Shown here piece by piece: positions 29,561-40,215 of a stretch of DNA of 64,000 bases. The notes under the pieces were generated by a model. It was not told the DNA's origin, searched no databases, and saw only the letters and a list, made by a program, of their open reading frames with translations. The stretch spans positions 1,356,648 to 1,420,647 of the forward strand of contig CAVYIE010000007.1 in the NCBI GenBank assembly GCA_963768615.1, written 5' to 3'. This DNA is from Candidatus Eiseniibacteriota bacterium (GTDB taxonomy: Bacteria > Eisenbacteria > RBG-16-71-46 > JABDJR01). The position numbers and the translations under genes are program-made. Within the stretch, counting starts at the first letter, position 1; every line of letters begins with the position of its first letter.

Positions 29561-32465
29561 TCACCTTAGCGGCAACCGCACCGGGAGCGCGAGCCGGACC
29601 CGGCTCTCGGTCTCGTCCACCAGCCGGATCTCGCCGTAGTCGACCATCCCGTCGGGGGCGACCCGGGGAGGGGAATCGCACTCCAGGGTCAGCTCCACCG
29701 GCACGTCGGGCCACAGGTCGAAGCGCGCGTCCTTGCCGTGGCGGACGCGAACCGGCACCGATTCGACCCGCCGGTAGGCCTCGCGCAGGGTGAAGCTCCA
29801 GCTCGTCTCCGCCTCGGCGGCGGTGAACCCGGCCCAGACCCGCAGGGTGTAGGTTCCGGAGTCCGGGGATTCCGGATGCGGGTTCCGGAGGACGATGTCC
29901 AGGTAGCGATCGCCGAAGCCCGAGTTGACCACGGCCTTTCCGGTCCCGTCCAGGACCTGCACCGCGCAGTCGGTGAGGGTGTCGTAGACCGGGGCCGGCA
30001 TCTCGAAGTGGAAGTCCACCCGGTCCAGGTCGGGGCCCATCTTGAAGTCCCGGGTCCACACGTCCGTCCCCGACACGCGGATCGTCCCCTCCCGGAGGTA
30101 GCCGGCGATCTCCCCCTCGCCCCGTCCGTGGAAGGCGCGGTCCAGCACCGCGGTGGCGGTGACCTCGGCGGCCGGACTCCCCCCCTGGGGATAGCGGAAG
30201 GCGCGCAGGGTGTCCGGATCGGCCCGGATCCCGTCCACCCGGGCCCGCAGCCGCCAGGCGCTGGCCCCGGTGTTCCGGTAGTCCGCCACCACCACCGCCT
30301 CCCAGGTCCCGGGGACCAGGTCCGCGCCGGCCAGGGTCACCGAGGCCGCGCTCCGTTCCTCGGAGTCGGCCCACCCCGCCCCGCCGCCCGACCGGCGTCC
30401 GGCGGGATCGTAGAGGGCCAGCCGCACCCGGCCGTGCTTGCCCTCCGGCACCTCCAGGTCCAGCACCATGGCGCTCGCTCCCGCCGGAGGACGGAGATAG
30501 AAGCGCCGGATCTCCCCCGCCTCCAGTCCCTCCCCGCTCCAGGCCCGGTCGTAGCCGGTGTCGCGGTCGAAGGCGTGGGGCACGATCACCGTGTGCCAGG
30601 ACTCCCACTCCGGCGCCTTGGATCCGCCCAGCCCCTTGGCGTAGGCCAGCACCCGCCCCACGTGGAGCCCGGGTTCGCGGAGCCGGTCCGGGTCGTAGCG
30701 CACGGTGAAGGTCCGGCTCTCGCCCCCCTTCAGGTAGGTCTGGTCGCGATCGAGGGTGAGCCAGGGCGCGTCGCTGCGCAGGGTGAAGGCCCGGTAGAAG
30801 GCGTCCTCGGCGTCGGGGCCGGCGGCGGCGGCGAAGGCGGGCGTGACCGTCACCGCCACCCCCCGGGGCGGTTCGGGATAGACCCCGCCGGTGCGCCAGA
30901 AGGCGGCCTGGGGAGAGGCGCCGGTGGGGATGGGGCCGTCGGCGGTCACGGTGTAGGCCAGGAGCGGGGACCCGGCGCGGTCGGAGAGCCCGGTCAGGGC
31001 CCGGAAGGCCTCGGGGATCGCGATCACTCCCGCCCCCTGGTCGAGCACGGTATACCCGGGCAGCGGCCGGGCCGTCCCCCGCACCGCCTGCTTCAGGAGC
31101 GCCCAGGTATAGGGCACGTCCTCGGCCACCGCCGCCCCCACCAGGGCGGCCATCGCTCCCGCGGCCTGGGGCGAGGCCATGCTCGTCCCCCACATGGCGT
31201 CGCCGCGCGCATAGGGAGGGACGCTGGAGGAGGCGGCGCCGGGGGCGAGAGCGGTGGGCTTCATGAGCTCGCCCCCCCGGGAGGAGAAGTGGAAGGGCTC
31301 GTTCCGGGCCAGGTCCCCGCCGTAGAGGCGGCGGGACAGCTCGGCGGGAAAGAGCGCGCCGGTGGTGAAGGCGAAGTACCCCGCCCCCGGCGTGCCCACG
31401 GTGGAGAGCCCGGGGCCGTCGTTCCCGGCCGAGGTCACGAAGACCAGGTCCGGGTGCTGGAGGAGGAAGTCGTCCACGAAGACGTCGATGGCGCTGTGCC
31501 CCTCGGTCTCCGAGCCGATCCCGTAGGACATGTTGAAGACCACCGGCCGGCCGTGGTCCCGGGACCACCGGGCCCCGAACTCCAGCGCCTTCTTCACGCT
31601 CCCGGTGGTGGTGGCCCCGCCGCTCAGGCTGTTGTGACCGATCTTGAGGCTCAGGATCTGGGCCCCCGGGGCCACGCCGTCGAACCCGTCCTGGCCGTTC
31701 AGCCGCCAGCCGGCGGCGATCCCGGCCACGTGCGTCCCGTGGGCGCCTCCGGCGATGTGGAACTCCACCGTGTTCCGGGCGGGAAGGATGGTCAGGCCGC
31801 CGGTGACCCGGTGGAGCTTGGCGGTATCGGTGTCGGAGCGGAAGCGCAGGGTCTGGTGGTCCACCCCGTAGCTCCGCACCGGGGTCTCGTCGTCCAGGTT
31901 CCCGTCCCCGTCCAGATCGACCAGGGCCACCCAGTCGCTGTCGGCGGGATCGGCCACGGTGGGGAAGGCCAGGACCGCGAAGCGCTCGTCGGTGCGCCCG
32001 TCGTTGTTGAGGTCGGCGATGGGGGTGTTGGCGTACTGCGCTCTCCTCCAGGAACCCCAGCCGGTACACGCCGTCGGCGGGGGTGGCGGCCAGGCGATCC
32101 ACCCCGAACACCCGCCTCCCGTCCCCGTCGAGCAGGGAGACCCGCCCGTCCACGGTGTCGAAGCTGGCCTCGGTCAGGGCCACGTCGCCGGCCCCGGTGA
32201 AGTCCCGGGCGTCGAGGATCTTCACCCTGCCGTCGGGGGTCTCCATCAGACCCGGGGTCCCCAGGTCGACACCGGTGTCCATGACCCCGATCACCACCCC
32301 CCGGCCGTCCCCGGCGGGATGATCGGCCCGGAAGGTCCGGGCCCCGATGATGTCGGTGGGGAGGAAGCTCCAGTCCTCGGAGGCGGGAGCGGCGGCGGCG
32401 GCGAGGCTGAACAGGGCGAGCCCGGCGGCGGCCACCGCCGCGGCCGGGATCCGGCGCGTCTTCAT
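29561..32465 (-). CDS. Secreted S8 subtilase resembling tripeptidyl-peptidase II; apparent frameshift near 32040
   Basis: Signal peptide; DGRGVVIGVMDTGVD, HGTHVAGIAAG, SAGNDGP, GTSMASP catalytic motifs split over two frames. Confidence 0.9.
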
Positions 32466-32612
32466 GCGTTCTCCTTGGGGAAGGGACGGGCCCGGGGGGC
32501 CGAGGCCCCCTACCATAGCCTCGCCGGGCCGGGTCCACCAAGCCCCGGCGCGGGGCGGAATCCCCGTGTCCCCCGGCCGCCGCGCCGGACTCCGGCCTCC
32601 GCCGGTTCGGAG

Positions 32613-34175
32613 CTAGGCCGCCCGCCGGCCGGCGGCCCCGTCCAGGAGTTCCCGCACCCGGGCGCAGAGCCCGGAGGGGGTGAAGGGCTTGGGCAGGAAG
32701 GCCGCTCCGGGATCGGCGATCCCCTCCGCCACCAGCCGGTCGCCGGGATACCCGGAGGTGTAGAGCACCGCCGTCTCCGGGTGGACCTTCGCCATCCGTC
32801 CGGCCAGCTCCCGGCCGTTCATGTGGGGCATCATGACGTCGGTGATCATGAGGTGGATGGTCTCGGGGCGGGAGGAGGCGATCTCCAGGGCTTCCTCCCC
32901 GTTCACCGCGTCCAGGACCCGGTATCCCTCCTCGGTGAGCACCTCCAGGGCCAGCTCCCGGATCGCGTCCTCGTCCTCCACCAGGAGCAGGGTCTCGGGG
33001 CCGCGGGTATCCGCCGGGCCCTCCCCGTCCGACCCGGGGGAGGATGCTTGCATCTCCCCGCGGGGGAAGAGCACGTCGAACTCGGTGCCCTTCCCCGGCC
33101 GGCTCCGGACCCGGATCTCGCCTCCGCTCTGGTTGACGATGCCGTACACCGTGGCCAGCCCCAGGCCGGTTCCCTTCCCCACCGGCTTGGTGGTGAAGAA
33201 CGGCTCGAAGATCCGCTCCAGGGTGGCCTCGTCCATGCCGCACCCGGTGTCGGCCACGCTCACCCGGATCGGGCCCCGGGGCCCGAAGCGGTCCGGATCC
33301 GCTCCGGACTCCGCCTCCCCGGCCCCGGAGGCGGTGGTCACGGTGACCACCCCGGTGCCCCCCACCGCGTCCCGGGCGTTGACGATCAGGTTGACCAGCA
33401 CCTGTTCCACCTGGGCCCGGTCGGCCCGGATGGGGCCCAGCTCCGGCTCCAGCCGGGTGACCAGCTCCACCCCCTCCCCCACCACCCGGCTCAGCAGCGA
33501 CACCATCTCCTCCACCGTTGCGTTCAGGTCGAGGTCCTCGGGGCGGAGCATCTGCTTCCGCCCATAGGCGAGGAGCTGCTGGGTGAGGGAGGCGGCGCGG
33601 CGGGCGGCCCGGCCGATCCGTTCCGCGTGCGGCACCAGCGGGCTGTCCGGCTCCAGACCGTCCAGCAGGACGTCGTTGTAGCCGAGGATGGCGGTGAGGA
33701 GGTTGTTGAAGTCGTGGGCGATCCCGCCGGCCAGGCGCCCCACCGCCTCCATCTTCTGGGCCTGGCGGAGCTGTTCCTCGCTGCGCTGCAACGCCCGCTC
33801 CGCCCGCACCCGGCCGGTCACGTCCCGGCAGAGGAGGATCGTGCCCGCCACCGCGCCCGAGGCGTCCCGCCAGACCCGCCCCACCACCTCCACCACCACC
33901 GGTCTCCGGTCGGGCCCGGCCCCCACCGTGAGCTCCATGGGGTCCGGATGCTCGGTCCGGGCCTCCATCACCGGGCCCGTCCCCTCGCCGAAGAACGGGG
34001 CGAGGGCGTCCGGGACGAGGGGGGCGCCGCCGTCCCCGCCGTCCCCGAAGAGCTCCCGGGCGGCCGGGTTCACGACCAGGACCCCGCCGTCCAGATCAAG
34101 CACCAGGAGAGCGTCCGGGATGCCGTCCAGCACGCCGCGCAGATCCCCGTCCCAGTTGTTCGGGCTCAAGGCCAC
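32613..34175 (-). CDS. Cytoplasmic hybrid histidine kinase (PAS-HisKA-HATPase-REC), CckA-like
   Basis: [57 protein letters not shown]. Confidence 0.94.
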   Translation of the reverse strand: MALSPNNWDGDLRGVLDGIPDALLVLDLDGGVLVVNPAARELFGDGGDGGAPLVPDALAPFFGEGTGPVMEARTEHPDPMELTVGAGPDRRPVVVEVVGRVWRDASGAVAGTILLCRDVTGRVRAERALQRSEEQLRQAQKMEAVGRLAGGIAHDFNNLLTAILGYNDVLLDGLEPDSPLVPHAERIGRAARRAASLTQQLLAYGRKQMLRPEDLDLNATVEEMVSLLSRVVGEGVELVTRLEPELGPIRADRAQVEQVLVNLIVNARDAVGGTGVVTVTTASGAGEAESGADPDRFGPRGPIRVSVADTGCGMDEATLERIFEPFFTTKPVGKGTGLGLATVYGIVNQSGGEIRVRSRPGKGTEFDVLFPRGEMQASSPGSDGEGPADTRGPETLLLVEDEDAIRELALEVLTEEGYRVLDAVNGEEALEIASSRPETIHLMITDVMMPHMNGRELAGRMAKVHPETAVLYTSGYPGDRLVAEGIADPGAAFLPKPFTPSGLCARVRELLDGAAGRRAA

Positions 34176-34409
34176 CTCCGACCGGCCGGAGGGTTCCGCC
34201 CTCGCGGACCCGGGATGCCGCGCTCCGGCCTAATCGGATGATCGGCCTCCCGGCGGGGCGCTGAAGGCCCGGGGGAGGGCTCTCGAACCGCGGGCCATCC
34301 AATTGTGGAAGAGATTCAAATAGAGGTACGTGTTATACAAATATAGAGGACATCTTGAATTCCGGGGGATATGCCCCGGCGCCGAGGCAAGCCCGGACGG
34401 CGGGGCCGG

Positions 34410-35585
34410 CTAGACCTGCACCCGGACCCGGGGGATGTGGGCGGCGATGCGGGCCACGATCTCGTAGGCGATGGTGCCCGCCCAGCCGGCCAGGTCCTCG
34501 GCGCGGATCCGCTCCTCCTCCTGCCCGCCGATCAGGACCACCTCGTCCTCCAGCTCCACCCCCGGGATGTGGGTCACGTCGACCATGGTCACGTTCATGC
34601 ACACCCGGCCCCGGACCGGCGCCCGCCGGCCGCGGACGAGCACGTGGCCCACGTTGCTGAGGCCCCGGTCGTAGCCGTCGGCATAGCCCACCGGGAGCAC
34701 GGCGATCCGGCTGGCCACCGGCGCCTTCCAGGTGCAGCCGTAGCCCACGTAACCACCCGCGGGGACCGCCTTCACCTGGGCCACCCGGGTCTTCCAGGCC
34801 AGGACCGGCTTCAGGTCCAGCCGGGCCTCCTCGTCGTGGTTGGCCGAGACCCGGGTCTCCTTGCTCGGCCACAGGCCGTAGGAGGAGATGCCGACCCGGG
34901 CCATGGCGAAGTGGGAGTCGGGAAACAGGATGGCGGCCGCGGAGCAGGCGGCGTGGGGGACCGGCACCTCCATCCCCGCCTCCCGGACCCGGGCCAGGGC
35001 GGCGGTGAAGCGGTCGAGCTGTTCCTGGGCGAAGGAGTGGTCGGTGGTGTCCTCGATGTTGGCGAAGTGGGTGGTGAGGCCCTCGAGCCGGAGCCCGGGC
35101 AGGGACTGGATGAGGTTCACGTAGTCGAGGAGCTCGTCCTCCCCCACCCCGTAGCGGTGGGTGCCGGTCTCCACCTTCAGGTGCACCGCCACCTCGCGCC
35201 CGCGCTCGGCCGAGGCCTTGGACAGCACGAGCAGGCTCTCCCGGTTGAACACCACCGGGCTCCCCTCGGCATCCACCACCGTCTCCCAGGCGTTGAGGGG
35301 AACGTAGCCGAGGACCAGGACCGGCAGCCGGACCCCGGCGTCGCGCACCCGGGCCAGCTCCTCCACCGAGATCACGGCCAGGCGGTGCACGATGCCGGCC
35401 GCCTCGTCCTCCCGGGCCACCAGCTGGAGGTCGTGGCCGTAGGCGTTGGACTTGACCACGTGGGCCAGCTCCACCCCGGGTCCCAGCCGGCGGCGGAAGG
35501 CGTGGAGGTTCCCGAGCAGGGCCGCGGTGTCGATCTCGACCCAGTTGAGCGCGGCCCGGGCGGCGCGGAACCGGCCGGGGCTCAT
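34410..35585 (-). CDS. alr: Alanine racemase
   Basis: VVKSNAYGH, HLKVETG, VGYG, PVGYADG, GRVCMN, TIAYEI; ATG 35585 overlaps the upstream stop. Confidence 0.95.
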   Translation of the reverse strand: MSPGRFRAARAALNWVEIDTAALLGNLHAFRRRLGPGVELAHVVKSNAYGHDLQLVAREDEAAGIVHRLAVISVEELARVRDAGVRLPVLVLGYVPLNAWETVVDAEGSPVVFNRESLLVLSKASAERGREVAVHLKVETGTHRYGVGEDELLDYVNLIQSLPGLRLEGLTTHFANIEDTTDHSFAQEQLDRFTAALARVREAGMEVPVPHAACSAAAILFPDSHFAMARVGISSYGLWPSKETRVSANHDEEARLDLKPVLAWKTRVAQVKAVPAGGYVGYGCTWKAPVASRIAVLPVGYADGYDRGLSNVGHVLVRGRRAPVRGRVCMNVTMVDVTHIPGVELEDEVVLIGGQEEERIRAEDLAGWAGTIAYEIVARIAAHIPRVRVQV

Positions 35586-36214
35586 GACCGGCGGAGGCTC
35601 AGGCCCACGCCGTCCCGCACCGGCATCAGGCTGGACAGGAACTCCGGGTCCTTCCACATGAGGTTCAGGTACTCGCGGACCCCGGCGGTGGCGGGATCGT
35701 CCCGCCCCTCGGCCGGCTTCCCGCTCCAGACCAGGTTGTCCACCACCGCCATCCCCCCCGGACGGATCCGGTCCCGGAAGAGCCGGTACCCGTCCGGATA
35801 CTGCTCCTTGTCGATGTCCATGAACACGATGTCGAACTCGCCCGGGGTCCGGGGCAGGATCTCGCGCGCGTCGCCGGTGGAGAAGACCACCCGGTCCAGC
35901 ACCCCGGCCCGGTCCAGGTACTCCCGGGCCCGGAGCGTGTTCTCGGGGTCGCCGTCGGTGTGGTAGACCCGGCCCTCCGGCCCCACCCCCCGGGCGAACC
36001 ACAGGGTCGAATAGCCGAACCCCGATCCCATCTCGAACACCCGGCGGGCGCCGGAGATCCGGGCGACCTGGTAGAGCAGCCGGCCCACCTCCGGCCCCAC
36101 GATGGGGAAACCCCGTTCCTTGGCCTCCCGGTGCATGTCGGCCAGGACCGGGTCGTCGTCCACCCCGGCCAGCTCCCGAAGCCAGGCGGCCACGTCGTCG
36201 CGCATCACTCCCAT
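35582..36214 (-). CDS. SAM-dependent O-methyltransferase
   Basis: PIVGPEVGRLL, FEMGSGFGYSTLW, FDIVFMDIDKEQY, DNLVWSG. Confidence 0.92.
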   Translation of the reverse strand: MGVMRDDVAAWLRELAGVDDDPVLADMHREAKERGFPIVGPEVGRLLYQVARISGARRVFEMGSGFGYSTLWFARGVGPEGRVYHTDGDPENTLRAREYLDRAGVLDRVVFSTGDAREILPRTPGEFDIVFMDIDKEQYPDGYRLFRDRIRPGGMAVVDNLVWSGKPAEGRDDPATAGVREYLNLMWKDPEFLSSLMPVRDGVGLSLRRS

Positions 36215-36323
36215 GATGGTCTCCTTGAAAACGACGCCGCGCCGGGGCCTCGGGGAGGCGCGCACGGCGCGGCGGAATCAGAACCCGACCGGCGGAGAGC
36301 GGCGCCGCCCTCCCCCGGAGAAA

Positions 36324-36731
36324 TCAGTACCGGGGCATGCCGGGGTCGACCTGGGCCGCCCAGCGGTCCACTCCCCCGGCCAGGCTCTTCACCTGCTCGT
36401 AGCCGAGATTCCACAGCACCATGGCCGCCTCCATGCTGCGCACCCCGTGGTGGCAGTAGAGGACGATCTCGTCGAGGGGATCCAGCTCCTCCTCGGCACG
36501 GTACTGCAGTTCGTTGAGGGGAAGGAGCAGGGACCCGGCGATGGAGGAGATGTTGGCTTCCCAGGGTTCCCGGACGTCGACCAGGACCAGGGGTTCACCC
36601 AGGTCCAGCCGGCGCTGGAGTTCCAGGGGCGTGATCTCCCAGGCGTCCACCTTGTCGGTGTTCACCGGATAGGTGCCCTTCCAGTCGGAGGGCCACCAGG
36701 GCCACTTGCCGTCGGAGGCGAAAGAGCGCAT
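36324..36731 (-). CDS. Single-domain rhodanese-like sulfurtransferase
   Basis: LVDVREPWE, YCHHGVRS, LAGGVDRW...DPGMPRY; AGGAAGGA upstream of ATG. Confidence 0.9.
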   Translation of the reverse strand: MRSFASDGKWPWWPSDWKGTYPVNTDKVDAWEITPLELQRRLDLGEPLVLVDVREPWEANISSIAGSLLLPLNELQYRAEEELDPLDEIVLYCHHGVRSMEAAMVLWNLGYEQVKSLAGGVDRWAAQVDPGMPRY

Positions 36732-36938
36732 GAAGCAGTTTCCTTCCTAGGGGGGCCGGACGGCGGCCGAGCTCCCCCCGGATACGGACGGGGCTCGGGC
36801 GCCGGAGGCGGGTGGGTCCGGCTCCTGAACGTCCATCATACCCCGTCCATACCGGGGCCGATCCACCCCCTCGTGCCGCCGGCGGCACTTTTTCTTCAAC
36901 ACGTTGCAAGAAAATGGTTTAAGGGTCCGGCGACCGGG

Positions 36939-37502
36939 TCAGCTCTCCAGCACCGCGGCCGCCCCCTGCCACAGCGTTCCGTCCACCGAGGCCGGGTCCC
37001 CCTCCACCAGGCCCTGGCGCTCGAAGAAGGCGAGCCGGATGGCCATGCCCAGGAGGAGGGCGGTCTTGGTGCTCACGTTCCCCTCCGGGACCTCCCCCGC
37101 GGCCATGGCCGCGCGGAGCTCCCGCTGGACCACGTCCCGGGGCTTGGGGTGAGCGACCAACCACCGGGCGTAGTCGGAGTGGAAGACGTGGAACAGGAAG
37201 GCGTATTCGGCCGGGTGCGCCCGGGCATAGTCGAGCAGGCCCTGGAGGGCCCCCACCACGCGTTCGGCCGGGCTCCCCCGCCGGCCCGCCCCGGCCTCCA
37301 TGGCCTCCAGGAACCGGGCCTGGGCCTCGTCGAAGAGGGCCCGCGCCAGGTCTTCCTTCCCCTCCCAGTGCTTGTAGATCGCGGCCTGGGAACACCCGGC
37401 CCGGCGGGCGATCTCCTGGGTGGTGGTCCCGGCCACTCCCTTGCGGGCCATGAGCTCCATGCAGGCGCGGCGGATGCGGTCGCGGGCGGGTTCGGGGGTC
37501 AC
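36939..37502 (-). CDS. TetR/AcrR family transcriptional regulator
   Basis: GVAGTTTQEIARRAGCSQAAIYKHWEGKEDL HTH. Confidence 0.92.
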   Translation of the reverse strand: MTPEPARDRIRRACMELMARKGVAGTTTQEIARRAGCSQAAIYKHWEGKEDLARALFDEAQARFLEAMEAGAGRRGSPAERVVGALQGLLDYARAHPAEYAFLFHVFHSDYARWLVAHPKPRDVVQRELRAAMAAGEVPEGNVSTKTALLLGMAIRLAFFERQGLVEGDPASVDGTLWQGAAAVLES

Positions 37503-37520
37503 GCGTCCTCCTCGGTGGCT

Positions 37521-37563
37521 GGTGAGTGAATTACCACTAACCCACCTGGATGGCGCTTGTCAA
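37521..37563 (-). promoter_or_regulatory. TetR promoter with probable autoregulatory operator
   Basis: TTGACA on minus strand (37563-37558); imperfect palindrome GGTnAGTG-N6-CACTnACC (37521-37542) over the -10 region. Confidence 0.55.
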
Positions 37564-37712
37564 CCCCCCGGGGGAAGAGTAGGCTCGCGGGTACGGGCGC
37601 TCCGGCCCCGGTTTTGCGCGCCCCTCACCCTTCAGCCCTTGGCCCCCAAACACTTGCTCGCCGGCCCCCGAATCCATCCGGCCGGCCGCACCCATGCGGA
37701 AGGAGACCTGCG

Positions 37713-39122
37713 GTGGCGGAAGCACCATCCTACGACGTGGTGATCATCGGCGCCGGACCCGGCGGCTACGTGGCCGCGGTCCGGGCCTCCCAGCTCGGAC
37801 TCAGGACCGCGGTGGTGGAACGGGACAAGGCCCTGGGCGGGACCTGCCTGCTCCGGGGCTGCATCCCGACCAAGTTCCTGCTCCAGGCCGCCCAGCTCAA
37901 GGACGAGTTCGAGGGGATGGGGCGCTACGGCCTCACCGCCGAGGGACTCGGGGTGGACTGGAAGAAGACCCTGCAGGAGAAGACCAAGGTGGTGCGCCGG
38001 CTCACCGGCGCGGTCAAGAACCTGATGAAGAAGGGCGAGATCGACGTCTACGAGGGTCACGGCCGCCTCGACGGACCCCGGACGGTGCGGGTGGAACTGA
38101 ACGAGGGGGGCACCGAGACCCTCTCCACCCGCTTCGTGCTCCTGGCCACCGGCTCCTATCCCCGGATGCTCCCCTTCCTGGAGCGGGACGGGAAGCGGGT
38201 GATCACCTCCGACGAGGCCCTGGAGCTGCCGGAGATCCCCGGGTCCCTGATCGTGGTCGGCTCGGGCGCGGTGGGGAGCGAATTCGCCTCCATCTACCGC
38301 TCCTTCGGGTCCCGGGTGACCCTGCTCGAGGCCCTCCCCCGGCTCATCCCCCTCGAGGACGCGGACATGAGCACCGCCCTCACCCAGGCCTTCACCAAGC
38401 GCGGCATCGACGTCCGGGCCGGGGTCAAGCTGGAGGGGGCCGAGGTCGGCGACGCCGGGGTCAAGGTCGCCCTGGCCGACGCGGAGGGCAAGAGCGAGAC
38501 CCTGGAGGCGGAGATCCTGCTGGTGGCGGTGGGGCGCGGCCCCATCTCCTCCGAGGTGGGGCTCGAGACCACCTCCATCCGGCCCGACCGGAACGGCTTC
38601 GTCCCCGTGGACGGGCTCATGCGGACCGCGGAGGAGGGGGTCTACGCCATCGGGGACCTGGTGCCCACCCAGGGCCTGGCCCACCTGGCCTCCAAGGAGG
38701 GGATCCTGGCCGTGGAGCACATGGCCGGCCGCGAGGTGCGGCCCATCCGCTACGAGACCGTACCCAACGCCATCTACTGCGAGCCCGAGGTGGCCTCGGT
38801 GGGTTACACCGAGGCCAAAGCCCGGGAGCTGGGCCACGAGGTCAAGGTGGGGAAGTTCCCCTTCACCCACAACTCCAAGGCCATGGTCGGAAACCACCAG
38901 GCCGGCCTGGTCAAGATCGTGGCCGAGTCGAAGTACGACGAGGTCCTGGGCGTGCACATCATCGGCTACAAGGCCACCGAGCTCATCGCCGAGGCGGTGG
39001 TGGGGATGACCCTGGAAACCACCGTGGAGGAGATGTTCCGGGCCATCCATCCCCATCCCACCCTGTCCGAGGCGGTGATGGAGGCGGCGGAGAACCTGCA
39101 TGGCGAAAGCATCCACATCTAG
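37713..39122 (+). CDS. lpdA: Dihydrolipoyl dehydrogenase (E3)
   Basis: GAGPGGY, GGTCLLRGCIP, GSGAVG, HPHPTLSE; GTG start after AAGGAG. Confidence 0.96.
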   Translation: MAEAPSYDVVIIGAGPGGYVAAVRASQLGLRTAVVERDKALGGTCLLRGCIPTKFLLQAAQLKDEFEGMGRYGLTAEGLGVDWKKTLQEKTKVVRRLTGAVKNLMKKGEIDVYEGHGRLDGPRTVRVELNEGGTETLSTRFVLLATGSYPRMLPFLERDGKRVITSDEALELPEIPGSLIVVGSGAVGSEFASIYRSFGSRVTLLEALPRLIPLEDADMSTALTQAFTKRGIDVRAGVKLEGAEVGDAGVKVALADAEGKSETLEAEILLVAVGRGPISSEVGLETTSIRPDRNGFVPVDGLMRTAEEGVYAIGDLVPTQGLAHLASKEGILAVEHMAGREVRPIRYETVPNAIYCEPEVASVGYTEAKARELGHEVKVGKFPFTHNSKAMVGNHQAGLVKIVAESKYDEVLGVHIIGYKATELIAEAVVGMTLETTVEEMFRAIHPHPTLSEAVMEAAENLHGESIHI

Positions 39123-40215
39123 CCCCGGCCGCGGCCGGCGGAAGTCCGGGGCCTCGGGGCGGCGCGCGCCGGGGCGCGGGAAGGGCAAGCGCCCCTCCGA
39201 CGCCCTCGGCACCGGGCAGCTCCTGGAGATCCATCGCTGGATGCTCCTCACCCGCAAGCTGGAGGAGCGCCTGGTCAACCTCTACCGCCAGAACCAGGTG
39301 GTGGGCGGGCTCTACCGGAGCCTGGGCCAGGAGGCGGAGACCATCGGCGCCGTCTACGCCCTGGAGCCCCAGGACTGGATCGCGCCCCTGATCCGCAACA
39401 TGGGCGCGGTGCTGGTCAAGGGCTACCGCCCCCGGGACGTGATCATGCAGTACATGGCCCGCTCCGGCGGCCCCACCGGGGGGAAGGACCTGAACGTCCA
39501 CTTCGGAAGCGGCGAGCGCGGAGTGGTGTCCCCGATCAGCATGCTCGGGGACCTGATCCCGGTCATGGCCGGGGTGGCCCTGGCCGCCAGGCTGCGAGGC
39601 GAGGACCGGGCGGCCCTGACCTGGATCGGGGACGGCGGCACCTCCACCGGCGCCTTCTACGAGGGCATGAACCTGGCCGCGGTGTGGAAGCTCCCCCTGA
39701 TCGTGGTCGCCGAGCACAACCGCTACGCCTACTCCACCCCTACCTCGCGCCAGATGGCGGTGGCCGACATCGCCGAGAAGGCGGTGGGCCTGGGGATCTG
39801 CGGGGAGACGGTGGACGGGAACGATGCCCTGGCCGTCTACGACGCCGTGCGCGGCGCCCGGGCCCGGGCCGCGGCCGGGGAGGGCCCGACCCTGCTCGAG
39901 GTGAAGACCTACCGCCGCAAGGGGCACGCCGAGCACGACATGCAGAAGTACGTGCCCGAAGGGGAGGTCGAGCGCTGGGCGGCCGAAAACGACCCCCTGG
40001 ACCGCTACGAGGCCATGCTGGCCGAACGCGGGGCGGCGGACGGGAAGGCCCTGGACGCGGTCCGGGCCGAGGTGTCCGCCTACCTCGAGGCGGAGACGGA
40101 TGCCGCCCTCGCCTCCCCGCTCCCCGAACCCGAGGTTGCCCTCCGGGACGTGGTCGCCGACCCGCCCCGGGCCGCCGACGTGCTCGCCCCCTACCGCGGG
40201 GAGGCCGGACGATGA
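39100..40215 (+). CDS. TPP-dependent 2-oxoacid dehydrogenase E1 alpha subunit
   Basis: GQEA, IGDGGTSTG...HNRYAYST TPP motif, TYRRKGH. Confidence 0.93.
   Translation: MAKASTSSPGRGRRKSGASGRRAPGRGKGKRPSDALGTGQLLEIHRWMLLTRKLEERLVNLYRQNQVVGGLYRSLGQEAETIGAVYALEPQDWIAPLIRNMGAVLVKGYRPRDVIMQYMARSGGPTGGKDLNVHFGSGERGVVSPISMLGDLIPVMAGVALAARLRGEDRAALTWIGDGGTSTGAFYEGMNLAAVWKLPLIVVAEHNRYAYSTPTSRQMAVADIAEKAVGLGICGETVDGNDALAVYDAVRGARARAAAGEGPTLLEVKTYRRKGHAEHDMQKYVPEGEVERWAAENDPLDRYEAMLAERGAADGKALDAVRAEVSAYLEAETDAALASPLPEPEVALRDVVADPPRAADVLAPYRGEAGR

Noticed and set aside
36748-36840. Upstream in-frame ORF ending in TAG before the rhodanese
   Set aside because: Low-complexity sequence; the rhodanese ATG has its own SD right after the TAG
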